From Candidatus Dormiibacterota bacterium (GTDB taxonomy: Bacteria > Chloroflexota > Dormibacteria > DASZGP01), in assembly GCA_036824145.1 (NCBI GenBank), contig DAITAT010000002.1:929-64928 (forward strand): DNA of 64,000 nucleotides, given 5' to 3'. Of this stretch, positions 33,445 to 41,771 are shown one piece after another (position 1 is the stretch's first letter; every line of letters begins with the position of its first letter). The position numbers and the translations under genes are program-made. Below the pieces are notes generated by a model, which worked only from the letters and a program-made list of their open reading frames with translations, had not been told where the DNA came from and searched no databases.

Positions 33445-35187
33445 CTAGTCCCGGCTGAGAACCCGAGCCCCGAGAATGGCGGCGATCTCTTCGGGCCTCA
33501 TCGCGCCCCGGTCGCCGACGTGGCGCTCGCGCAGGCTGACGGTGCCGGCTTCCTCGTCACGACCGCCGCAGACGCCCACGAAGGGGGTCTTCTGGAGCTC
33601 GGAGTCGCGGATCTTGGCCTGCATCCGCTCGGGGCGCGAGTCGATCTCCACCCGCATGCCCTCTCCCCGAAAGAACGCCGCTTGCTTTTCCACGTACTCC
33701 AGGTTCTTGTCGGAGATCGGGATCAGGAGCAGCTGCACGGGCGCGATCCAGAGCGGGAAATCGCCGGCGAAGTGCTCGATCAGGAAGGCGAAGAAGCGCT
33801 CCAGGCTGCCGATGGGGGCACGGTGAATCATCATCGGCCGCTGCATCGAGCCGTCGGCGGCGGCGTACTCCAGGCCGAATCGCTCCGGCAGGTTGAAGTC
33901 CAGCTGGGTGGTCGAGGCGCTGAACTCGCGACCGAGGGCGTCGCGGATCTGCACGTCCAGCTTGGGACCGTAGAAGGCAGCCTCTCCGGGCGCCTCCTCG
34001 AAGGGATGGCCGACCTCCAGCAGCGCCCCCCGGATGGCCTCCTCGGCAAGCTCCCAGGCGGCCGGGTCGCCCATGAACTTGTCGCTGTCGTCGTGCAAGG
34101 AGAGGCGGAACTTGAAGTCCTCGATTTTCAGCGCCTGGTAGAGGTCAAGGATCAGCTCGGTGCTGGCGATGAACTCCTGCTTGACCTGCGCCTGGGTGCA
34201 GAAGATGTGGGCGTCGTTGATCGTGAAGCCGCGCACCCGCATCAGCCCGCTGAGCTCGCCCGACTTCTCGTAGCGGTAGACCGTGCCCAGCTCGGCAATG
34301 CGCATCGGCAGTTCGCGATAGCTGTGCCGGTCGTGCTGGAAGATCCGGATGTGATGCGGGCAGTTCATCGGCCGCAGGATGTAGGTTTCGTCCTCCACCC
34401 CGAAACCGGCGAACATGGAGTCTTTATACGACTGCAGGTGGCCCGAGGTGCGATAGAGCTCCTCATTGGCGATGTGCGGGGTGTACACATGCTGGTATCC
34501 ACCGTGGCGCTCCGCGTCGAGGATGTACTCCTCGAGCAGACGCCGCACGGTGGCGCCCCTCGGCAGCCACAGCGGCAGGCCCTTGCCCACCTTCTCGTCA
34601 ATGAAGAACAGCTCCAGCTCCCGGCCCAGCTTCTTGTGGTCGCGCTCGCGGGCCAGCTCCAGGCGGTGGAAGTAATCCTCCAACTCCTCGGCGCTGTTCC
34701 AGGCGGTGCCGTAGACGCGCTGCAGCATCTGGTTGCGCTCGTCGCCGCGCCAGTAGGCTCCCGCGACCCTGGTCAGCTTGAAGTGCTGGATCTGGCCGGC
34801 GTCGGCCACGTGGGGTCCGCGGCAGAGGTCCAGGAAATCGCCGGTGCGATAGAGGCTGACCTCCTTCTCCTCGGCGGCCTCGCCTTCAGTAAGGATCTCG
34901 ATCTTGTAGCTCTGCCCGAGATCTTTGAAGGCCTTCACCGCCGCGACTTTGTCGACGATCTCCTGGACGTAGTTCGGGCGCCGCCCGGCGATCTCTTTCA
35001 TCCTGGCCTCGATCGCCGGAAGCTCCTCTTCCTTGATCGGGCGGCCGAGATCGAAATCGTAGTAAAAGCCATCTTCGATGGTCGGGCCGATGGCGTACTT
35101 GGCGTCGGGGTACAGCTCACGCACCGCCGCAGCCATCAGGTGGGCGGCGGAGTGGCGCAGGACGTCGAGATCCACGGGCTGAGACAT
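33445..35187 (-). CDS. thrS: Threonine--tRNA ligase (lacks the N-terminal TGS domain)
   Basis: 580-aa ORF. It begins at the editing-domain HxxxH segment (LRHSAAHLMAAAVRELYP...GFYYDF) and continues with the class II core and anticodon-binding domain. Confidence 0.95.
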   Translation of the reverse strand: MSQPVDLDVLRHSAAHLMAAAVRELYPDAKYAIGPTIEDGFYYDFDLGRPIKEEELPAIEARMKEIAGRRPNYVQEIVDKVAAVKAFKDLGQSYKIEILTEGEAAEEKEVSLYRTGDFLDLCRGPHVADAGQIQHFKLTRVAGAYWRGDERNQMLQRVYGTAWNSAEELEDYFHRLELARERDHKKLGRELELFFIDEKVGKGLPLWLPRGATVRRLLEEYILDAERHGGYQHVYTPHIANEELYRTSGHLQSYKDSMFAGFGVEDETYILRPMNCPHHIRIFQHDRHSYRELPMRIAELGTVYRYEKSGELSGLMRVRGFTINDAHIFCTQAQVKQEFIASTELILDLYQALKIEDFKFRLSLHDDSDKFMGDPAAWELAEEAIRGALLEVGHPFEEAPGEAAFYGPKLDVQIRDALGREFSASTTQLDFNLPERFGLEYAAADGSMQRPMMIHRAPIGSLERFFAFLIEHFAGDFPLWIAPVQLLLIPISDKNLEYVEKQAAFFRGEGMRVEIDSRPERMQAKIRDSELQKTPFVGVCGGRDEEAGTVSLRERHVGDRGAMRPEEIAAILGARVLSRD

Positions 35188-35194
35188 GGCTGAG

Positions 35195-35200
35195 AGTCTA
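35195..35200 (-). promoter_or_regulatory. Candidate -10 box TAGACT, 7 nt upstream of the thrS ATG (leaderless-type arrangement)
   Basis: Minus strand reads TAGACT-CTCAGCC-ATG with no SD. Confidence 0.45.
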
Positions 35201-35241
35201 GTCAGCGGCCGGATCCGGCGCCCGGCGGGGACAGGTCCGGG

Positions 35242-35562
35242 CTAGCCGGCCGCGAGTCGCGAGAGACCGGCGGGGGCGTCCTCGACACCGATGCAGACCG
35301 CCGCCAGGGCTGATTCCTCACCGGCCCAGACAGCCAGGTCCAGCTGCTTTGCCATGGGAAGAATTCGCCGGCGCCAGGACTGTCGGAGACGTTCATTTCG
35401 CTCAGGATCACTGGTGCAGCAGGACCGGCTGCAGTACTTGTTGGTGGGCTTCTTTACGGATTCGTCGCAGCCGCGACGGGCGCACTGACGTAGACCCGAA
35501 GACACCATTGACACCCCTTGAACAATCCCTCCTCGGCCCGATGGGTCGAGGTACCCGTGCAT
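35242..35562 (-). CDS. Hypothetical small Cys-rich (zinc-ribbon-like) protein; alternative start at ATG 35508
   Basis: 106-aa ORF containing CARRGC-x13-CSRSCC. 33 of its 106 codons end in A/T by hand count, which is atypical for this window. The ATG at 35508 has AAGGGG 5 nt upstream. No family is recognised. Confidence 0.4.
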   Translation of the reverse strand: MHGYLDPSGRGGIVQGVSMVSSGLRQCARRGCDESVKKPTNKYCSRSCCTSDPERNERLRQSWRRRILPMAKQLDLAVWAGEESALAAVCIGVEDAPAGLSRLAAG

Positions 35563-35862
35563 GATTACCGGTGCATGATAGTCCTCACCCTCTGCGCCAT
35601 GTCAATGCATGACGCAGCGCAACATGTGACACGTTCGCAGCGCCGGAAAAATGATTTCCACGCTCACTGTGAACAACCTGTGGACCATGGGGACAAGGCC
35701 TGGCGGCGCGATCTTGGCGCCATCCGCGGGTGGCTCAATGGGCAGCAAGACCGCCAGTTACGGACTCAGCTTTGGCGGCCTCAAACTGTGACACGCCAGC
35801 ATGCAACAGCGTGGTTGAGGTGGCCGAATCCGCGGGTTTGCGTCTAGGCGGCGGCCAGTCGG

Positions 35863-37086
35863 CTAGCTGATCCGGGTCAGTCGCCAGCGAAGGCCAGGCT
35901 TCTCCATCGCCGGGGCGGTGGTCAGGGGAACGCTGGTGACCTGCTCTCCGAGGCTGAGGCTCAGGTGGCCGACCCGGCGGCCCGCCTCCACAGGCGCCGT
36001 CACCGATGCCAGCGTCAGGCTGCGGCGCAGCTTCATCCCGGGCCAGTTGAAGTAGCTGACCCGGCGACTGCCTTTGACGCCGGACTTGCTGCCCCACGGC
36101 GTGCTGTAGGTGGCGACTACGGCACCCTCGGCAAGGTAGCTCTGGTATTGCACGGCCGGCTTGACCGAGTCGATCAGGGCCATCGTGACTTTGAAGGCGT
36201 CGGCGAGGGTGTCCTGGCCCATGACCGCCCCGTAAATGACATACGTTTGTGGGCCGGTCGTTTGCTTGGAGGCGAAGACAAAGTTCGAAATCGGCGGCGA
36301 GCCGGTGGCCGTCCCAATCCCAGAGCCGGTCTTGATGCCGATGATCCCGTCCTGGCCGAGGATGGAGTTGACGTTGTAGACGACCCCCGCCATAGGCAGG
36401 TTGGCCTGGGGCTCACCGACCACCTTGGCGATGACCTTGTTCTTCATCGCCGCGACCGCGATCCGGAAGAGGTCGCGGGGGGTGCTGACGGTCTTGGGGG
36501 AGACACCGGCGGGGTCCTCGAAGTGAGTGTTGGCGAGGTGCATCGCGACCGCCCGCGCATTCATTTTCTTGATCATCGCGTAAACCGATCCCGCATCCCA
36601 CTTTCCGAGGACGGCAGCGATGTTGTTGCCTGATGGGATCAGCAGGCCCTGGAGCGCATCGAACTCGGTGATCTGCTCCCCGGCGCCCACCTTGAGGACC
36701 GACTCACCGGCGGCCAGGCGAGCCTGGTAGTCGGCCACGTCAGCCGAGTCGATGATGATCGTGGGCCCGGTGTCATCGACGGCCAGCGGCTTGTCCTCAG
36801 CGACCACCAGGGCTGTCATCAGCTTGGCCACACTTGCCATCGGCAGCGCCTGCTCCTGCGGGGAAGCTGCCACGATGCCGAGCTCTGCTGTGCCCACCGC
36901 CGCCTCGCCTTTCGCCGGCAACGGGATCGAAGGCGGAGCGCCCGGGACCAGGTCGGATGTCGGAACCGAAGGCGTCGCTGCTACCACGGGCAGGGGTCGG
37001 ACCAGCTGGAAGGCCACCAGGGCGACGATCACCACCAGCGCCACGATCAGCCAGACCTTGCGTGGGATGACGCGCGCGCCATTCAT
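35863..37086 (-). CDS. D-alanyl-D-alanine carboxypeptidase (peptidase S11, PBP5-like)
   Basis: An ATG at 37086 has GGTGGAG 8 nt upstream; the track start is TTG 37092. It has an N-terminal TM/signal segment and the SxxK (MASVAKL), SxN (IPSGNN) and KTG (GIKTGSG) motifs. Confidence 0.85.
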   Translation of the reverse strand: MNGARVIPRKVWLIVALVVIVALVAFQLVRPLPVVAATPSVPTSDLVPGAPPSIPLPAKGEAAVGTAELGIVAASPQEQALPMASVAKLMTALVVAEDKPLAVDDTGPTIIIDSADVADYQARLAAGESVLKVGAGEQITEFDALQGLLIPSGNNIAAVLGKWDAGSVYAMIKKMNARAVAMHLANTHFEDPAGVSPKTVSTPRDLFRIAVAAMKNKVIAKVVGEPQANLPMAGVVYNVNSILGQDGIIGIKTGSGIGTATGSPPISNFVFASKQTTGPQTYVIYGAVMGQDTLADAFKVTMALIDSVKPAVQYQSYLAEGAVVATYSTPWGSKSGVKGSRRVSYFNWPGMKLRRSLTLASVTAPVEAGRRVGHLSLSLGEQVTSVPLTTAPAMEKPGLRWRLTRIS

Positions 37087-37112
37087 TGGCAAGACTCCAC
37101 CATCATCACCCC

Positions 37113-37964
37113 TCAGGCCAGGTCGCGACGCGTGACGAGGACGGACGAGATCAGGAGGAAGGCGATGGTGAAGGCGACCAGAACGATCACCGCCTGGGCC
37201 GGGTCGACCAGCGCGGTCTGCGATGCGCCGAGGCGGCCCCGGATCGCCTGCCCGAAAGCGTCGGTGAGAGACTGGGCATTGGCACCCGGGAACGCCTTCT
37301 CGATGCTCCTGAGGGTCGCGTTGCTGCCGAAGATGCCAAAGATCAGACCTTCAACGACGAAGCCGTAGACCAGCCCGATGCCGACCGCCAGCGCCGACTG
37401 CTGGCAGATGACCGCCAGCAGGACGCCGAAGCCGGTCCAGACCACCAGGATCAACCACAGTGCGCCGGTTGCCTCGGCGATCGTCAACAGGTCGGGCCAC
37501 TGAAGCGCCTGGCCGTCGAGGAGCGCCAGGACGGTGCTCGAGGCGGCTGACGCCGCCAGCACCAGCCCAGCGAGGACCAGCGAGACCACGACCAGGGCCC
37601 AGAACTTGGCTACGAAGACGGTGAGGCGGCTCGGCTTCTGGGTGAAGATCGTCTTGAGGGTGCCCCAGCCATACTCGCTGCCCATCGCCAGCACGCCCAG
37701 GATGATGGCGATCGACGCCCCCAGGCCGTTGGCGTTGGAGAGCGCCACGCGATGGAAGTGTTGCGGATACAGGGCGCGGATCAGGGCGGCCGGGGTGGTG
37801 CCAGTGGGCAGCGACCGGGCGAAATTGGGTGGCGGGTTCTTGTAGATCACGTACGTAAGCACGTAGGTGAGCAGCACCACAATGAGGAGGAAGATGATGG
37901 CCAGGACCCGGATCGCCCAGCGCTTGCGCAGCTTGAACATCTCGGCCGAGAAGCTTCCCCACAT
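37113..37964 (-). CDS. ABC-2 type transporter permease
   Basis: 283-aa ORF with about six hydrophobic segments. Its ATG overlaps the stop of the upstream ATPase gene by 1 nt. Confidence 0.75.
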   Translation of the reverse strand: MWGSFSAEMFKLRKRWAIRVLAIIFLLIVVLLTYVLTYVIYKNPPPNFARSLPTGTTPAALIRALYPQHFHRVALSNANGLGASIAIILGVLAMGSEYGWGTLKTIFTQKPSRLTVFVAKFWALVVVSLVLAGLVLAASAASSTVLALLDGQALQWPDLLTIAEATGALWLILVVWTGFGVLLAVICQQSALAVGIGLVYGFVVEGLIFGIFGSNATLRSIEKAFPGANAQSLTDAFGQAIRGRLGASQTALVDPAQAVIVLVAFTIAFLLISSVLVTRRDLA

Positions 37965-38941
37965 CAGCCTTCACCCTTGGCCGCGGGCGCGGGCGCTGCG
38001 GCCTCCGGACCGGGCGCTTCGGCGCCGTCGCCGGTGAGCTGCAGGAAGATGTCCTCTAGCGAACGCGCGGACGGACGCAGCTCGGTGACGTCGATGCCGG
38101 CATTGACCAGGATGCGGTTGATCTCGGCGGCCCGGGCTGGGGGAACGTCGAGACGGAACTTGCCGTCCTCGAGATGCACGCTCTCGGGTCCGAGAATGCG
38201 GACCAGGACCACGCCGGCGTTCTGCTCGGGAGCGGCGGTGATTGTCAGCCCTGTCTGCCCGCGAAGCTCCTCGACGGTTCCTTCGGCGACCAGGCGCCCG
38301 CGCAGGATGACCCCGACGCGGTCGCAAATCTGTTCAACTTCCGCAAGCTGGTGGCTGGACAGCAGCACGGTGCGCTCGCCCTGGCCCAAACCCCGAACCA
38401 GGTCGCGCATCTCGACGATGCCTTGGGGGTCAAGCCCGTTGCTGGGCTCGTCGAGGATCAGCAGGTCCGGGTCCTTCAGCAGCGCCGCCGCCACCCCCAG
38501 GCGCTGCTTCATACCCAGTGAGTAGGTCGAGTACTTGTCGTGCGCACGATCGGTGAGGTCGACCTCTTGCAGCACCTTCTCGATGCGGTCCTTGCCAATG
38601 CCGGCGTAGCAGGCCAGCGCCTTGAGGTTGTCGCGTGCCGAGAGGTAGGGGTAGAAGGCAGGCGCCTCGACCAGGCTGCCCACCTGGCTGAGAACGTGGC
38701 CGGGAATGGCGCCCAGGACCACAGCAGTTCCGGAGGTGGGTCGCATCAGTCCCACCAGCATCCGCATGGTGGTGGTTTTGCCGGCTCCGTTGGGCCCGAG
38801 GAAGCCGTACACCTCGCCCTTGTGGACGTTCAGGTCGAGGTTGTCGACCGCGAGGATGCCGTTGCGGTAGCGCTTGGTGAGACCGTGGGTCTCGATTGCG
38901 AGTTCGATCAGTAGCTCCCTGATAAGGTCCCGGTCTCCCAC
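37964..38941 (-). CDS. ABC transporter ATP-binding protein (DrrA-like, with C-terminal extension)
   Basis: 325-aa ORF with Walker A GPNGAGKTT, signature YSLGMKQRL and Walker B LLILDEP. About 100 aa follow the NBD. Confidence 0.9.
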   Translation of the reverse strand: MGDRDLIRELLIELAIETHGLTKRYRNGILAVDNLDLNVHKGEVYGFLGPNGAGKTTTMRMLVGLMRPTSGTAVVLGAIPGHVLSQVGSLVEAPAFYPYLSARDNLKALACYAGIGKDRIEKVLQEVDLTDRAHDKYSTYSLGMKQRLGVAAALLKDPDLLILDEPSNGLDPQGIVEMRDLVRGLGQGERTVLLSSHQLAEVEQICDRVGVILRGRLVAEGTVEELRGQTGLTITAAPEQNAGVVLVRILGPESVHLEDGKFRLDVPPARAAEINRILVNAGIDVTELRPSARSLEDIFLQLTGDGAEAPGPEAAAPAPAAKGEG

Positions 38942-38968
38942 CCGGGCCCGATTCTACCGATCGCCGTT

Positions 38969-39448
38969 TTAGCCGAGTAGTCCTCGAGATTGGAGGATCT
39001 CGCGGATCTGCTCCGCGTGCTGGCCGATATGACCAACCCAGACCATCGTCCAGCCCTCAACCGGGATCACTCCCAGGGGCGGGACGTCGAGCTCCTTCTC
39101 CAACACTTCCGGCGGGAGCGCGGAGAAGCACTCCTCCAGCGCCGTTTGGAGGCTGACCATCCGATCCGCCGCCTCCTGGGACGAGTGCGGCGTGGCCCCG
39201 ATCGCGTCGTGGCCGATCTCCTCGCGGAACATGTGCTGCCCGCTGGGGCGGTAGCGCATCCTCTCGGCGGCCGCAATCGACGTCAGACCCGCGAGGTGAA
39301 TGTGGGACACGACCTGGGCGATGGTGTGGCCGCCATCAGGGTGAGCCCGGTGCAGGTCGGCGTCGCTCAAGCCCCGGAGCAGGGTCTCCAGCTCGCCGAG
39401 GATCTCCCCCGCCGTCTCGACCGCCATCGACTCGGGCACAGCGGCCAT
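38969..39448 (-). CDS. DinB family protein
   Basis: 159-aa ORF with His triad contexts (VVSHIHLAG, WVGHIGQHAEQI) typical of DinB_2-like four-helix bundles. It starts 18 nt after the tRNA-Val CCA end. Confidence 0.7.
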   Translation of the reverse strand: MAAVPESMAVETAGEILGELETLLRGLSDADLHRAHPDGGHTIAQVVSHIHLAGLTSIAAAERMRYRPSGQHMFREEIGHDAIGATPHSSQEAADRMVSLQTALEECFSALPPEVLEKELDVPPLGVIPVEGWTMVWVGHIGQHAEQIREILQSRGLLG

Positions 39449-39466
39449 TCTAAGCAGGTGAAGGGC

Positions 39467-39541
39467 TGGTGGGCGGCGCTGGATTTGAACCAGCGACCCC
39501 TACGATGTCAACGTAGTGCTCTACCCCTGAGCTAGCCGCCC
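39467..39541 (-). tRNA. tRNA-Val (anticodon GAC), CCA encoded
   Basis: Hand-folded cloverleaf on the minus strand. Acceptor stem GGGCGGC/GCCGCCC; D arm GCTC-AGGGGTA-GAGC; anticodon arm CTACG-TTGACAT-CGTAG; variable loop GGGTC. T arm GCTGG-TTCAAAT-CCAGC; discriminator A; CCA. Total 75 nt. Confidence 0.9.
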
Positions 39542-39555
39542 GCAAGTCGGAGCAG

Positions 39556-39561
39556 ATTCTA
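39556..39561 (-). promoter_or_regulatory. Candidate -10 box TAGAAT, 14 nt upstream of the mature tRNA-Val 5' end
   Basis: Minus strand reads TAGAAT-CTGCTCCGACTTGC-GGGCGGC. The hexamer is the same one seen upstream of dapA and dapB. Confidence 0.4.
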
Positions 39562-39569
39562 GTGGAACG

Positions 39570-40943
39570 CTATTCGGCAGGGGCCAGGGTGCCGCGACGG
39601 CGGGCCAGCCAGCGCGCCATCACCGGCAGGACGACCACGCTCGACAGGATCATCCCCAGCAGCACCAGCACCAGGTTGAGGCCGAAGGTATCCGCCGCCA
39701 GGCCGGCCAGGAAGAGTGGGATGGCGATGGCCAGGTTGAGGACTGTGAACATGGCGCCGAAGGTGCGCCCTCGCTGTTCGGGCGCGGTGGACTCCTGGAG
39801 CAGGGTGACCGCGGGGATGAAGACCGCCCCGAACGCGGCTCCGAAGAAACCACCAACCACCGCTGCGAAAGCCAGGAAGAATCCCTTGGCGTGGAGAACG
39901 GACAGCCCGTAGGGGCCTATCCCCATCAGGAAAAGCATGACCCCAAGCGCCAGCATGCCCTGTGTGATCAGGTTGTCCCGGTTGGCGACGTGGCCACGGC
40001 CGAGGTAGACGGCGACCGCGCCCATGCCCAGCGCGGCGGGCACCAGGATGATGTAGGAGTCGCGCGGATCAAGGTTGAGGACGGTCTTCATGTAGCCCTG
40101 CGACAGCGTGAAGATCGTGAAAATCAGCATTACGGCGAGCCCCAGCTGGCCGAACGAGCGAAGCAGCTGTGGCCGCTCGCGGATGAAGGTCACGGTCTCG
40201 GTCACGGCGCGCCAGACGCGGGTCAGCTCGTTCACCTGGACACGCTGGTGCTTTTCGGTTATGGCCGCTGAGAGCTGGGTCCGCATCAGGTAGTTGAAGA
40301 CCGCGGCGGAGGCGAACAGTCCGGCGGCGACAAAGTATGGAGCGGTCGAGCCGAAGAGCCGCACCAGCACCGACGAAATCGGGAGTCCCACCACCAGCGT
40401 GACGACGATGGTCAGCGTGAAGACGGACGTTGCCGTGACCAGGCTGCGCTTGGGCATGATGAAGGGCAGCGACGACGCCTCGGCGGGGGCGAAGAACTGG
40501 CCCACGCTGCTGAACAGCAGGGTGATAACGAGCAGGTGCCAGGTGACGCCCTGGAAGTATGGGATCAACGACAGGATGGGCACCATCAGGATCAGCCCGG
40601 CTCGGATCAGGTTGGTCAGCATCATCAGGTGACGCTTGTCAACGCGGTCGGCGTACACCCCCGCGATGGGGCTGAGCAGCACTGACGGTGAGGTGTAGGC
40701 CAGCAGGACAATCGCCTCCTGGGTGTTGGCGCCCGAACGCTGGTAGGTCACCGTCAGCAGCGAGTAGACGAGGAACTTGTCCGCCAGCTGGCTGGTGATC
40801 TGCGAGGCCCAGATGAGACGGAACTCGCTGTTGATGAGCAGCTCTTTGAAACCGCCCCTATGGATCTCGGCCGGCCTGGTGGCGGCCTGAGCCCCCATCG
40901 GGAGTTCGATTCCAGGTTCTTTGCTCTGTTCGTTCTCGGCCAT
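39570..40943 (-). CDS. MFS transporter
   Basis: Start at the internal ATG 40943 of track ORF 39570..41351, overlapping the rsmA TGA by 1 nt. The 457-aa product has about 12 hydrophobic segments and MFS-like loops (GVYADRVDKRHLM). Confidence 0.8.
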   Translation of the reverse strand: MAENEQSKEPGIELPMGAQAATRPAEIHRGGFKELLINSEFRLIWASQITSQLADKFLVYSLLTVTYQRSGANTQEAIVLLAYTSPSVLLSPIAGVYADRVDKRHLMMLTNLIRAGLILMVPILSLIPYFQGVTWHLLVITLLFSSVGQFFAPAEASSLPFIMPKRSLVTATSVFTLTIVVTLVVGLPISSVLVRLFGSTAPYFVAAGLFASAAVFNYLMRTQLSAAITEKHQRVQVNELTRVWRAVTETVTFIRERPQLLRSFGQLGLAVMLIFTIFTLSQGYMKTVLNLDPRDSYIILVPAALGMGAVAVYLGRGHVANRDNLITQGMLALGVMLFLMGIGPYGLSVLHAKGFFLAFAAVVGGFFGAAFGAVFIPAVTLLQESTAPEQRGRTFGAMFTVLNLAIAIPLFLAGLAADTFGLNLVLVLLGMILSSVVVLPVMARWLARRRGTLAPAE

Positions 40944-41761
40944 CAGGCCACCTCCCGGTAGGCGCGGTAGAGCTGTTCCCACTCGGCGAGGTCCAGGGTC
41001 TGGGGACGGCGCATGGCGTCGATGACGGTACGAGACACGACTGCGCGGCCGCGCTCGAGATCGTGGCCGAAGGCATTGGCGACGGCGTTGCTGAGCTTCT
41101 TCCTGCGCTCCTGGAAGACGGCGCGGGCGAAGTCGAAGAAGGCGTCGTCGGCGAAAGCGGCCCGACGCCCGGGGCGCAACATCAGCAGCGCCGAGTCGAC
41201 CTTGGGCGCAGGGTCGAAGGCATGCGCCGGCACCCGCATGAGCAGCTCGGCCGTCGCCGAGGCGCGGACCGCCAGCGTCGCCAGGCTCCAGCCGCCGGGC
41301 TCGGCGCTGAGCCGCTCGGCGACCTCCCTCTGCAGCAACAGGCAGACCCACTCAGGCACCGGCTCCAGCGCCAGCAGCCGCGGGACCAGCAGGCCGGTGA
41401 GGTGGTACGGAATGTTGCCGAAAACCGCGTAGGGCGCCGGCATCAGCTCTGCCAGGGGGACCTCCATGGCGTCGCCGACGACGACGGTGACCGGCAGGCC
41501 GGCCACCTCGTGCTGGAGCACCGGGAGCAGCCGAGGGTCTAGCTCGACAGCGGCCACACGCTCGCGCGTCTGACCGAGCGCCCGCGTCATGGTACCCGGC
41601 CCGGCCCCGATCTCAACGATCGATTTCGGCTCGGTCGGAAGGGCATCGATGATGGCGCGAGCGATGACTCCATCGGCCAAAAAGTTCTGCCCGAGCGACT
41701 TCTTGGGCGACAAACGGTTGCGAGCCATGCTCACGCTGGGGTCGCGGAAGGTCGCGTCCAT
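40943..41761 (-). CDS. rsmA: 16S rRNA (adenine1518/1519-N6)-dimethyltransferase
   Basis: 272-aa ORF with SLGQNFL, SAM motif VEIGAGPGTMT and GNIPYHLT. An alternative start is at ATG 41728. Confidence 0.9.
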   Translation of the reverse strand: MDATFRDPSVSMARNRLSPKKSLGQNFLADGVIARAIIDALPTEPKSIVEIGAGPGTMTRALGQTRERVAAVELDPRLLPVLQHEVAGLPVTVVVGDAMEVPLAELMPAPYAVFGNIPYHLTGLLVPRLLALEPVPEWVCLLLQREVAERLSAEPGGWSLATLAVRASATAELLMRVPAHAFDPAPKVDSALLMLRPGRRAAFADDAFFDFARAVFQERRKKLSNAVANAFGHDLERGRAVVSRTVIDAMRRPQTLDLAEWEQLYRAYREVA

Positions 41762-41771
41762 TCTCCTGAGC

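Noticed and set aside
32776-35193. An 805-aa plus-strand ORF, the longest plus-strand ORF in the track, spanning infC, the spacer and all of thrS
   Set aside because: It is exactly antisense to two unmistakable housekeeping genes. Its product is low-complexity and Arg/Gly/Leu/Asp/Val/His-rich with no recognisable motif. In a genome where most sense codons end in G/C, the antisense frames are depleted of TAA/TAG/TGA by composition alone.
35518-35847. A 109-aa plus-strand ORF filling the 35.5-35.9 kb spacer, and a 28-codon minus-strand ORF at 35688..35602
   Set aside because: Neither has an SD or a leaderless-type -10. A large share of third-position bases is A/T, unlike real genes here. The product is His/Gln/Arg/Trp-rich and lacks motifs. 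They are kept only as part of the atypical-spacer finding.
39449-39569. tRNA-Val as a possible integration site (genomic island boundary), plus a general search for CRISPR repeats, IS elements, integrases and toxin-antitoxin pairs
   Set aside because: There is no integrase or recombinase ORF and no duplicated tRNA 3' segment downstream that I could spot. There are no regularly spaced repeats anywhere in the window. Flanking genes have host-like composition, except the small patch at 35.2-35.9 kb.
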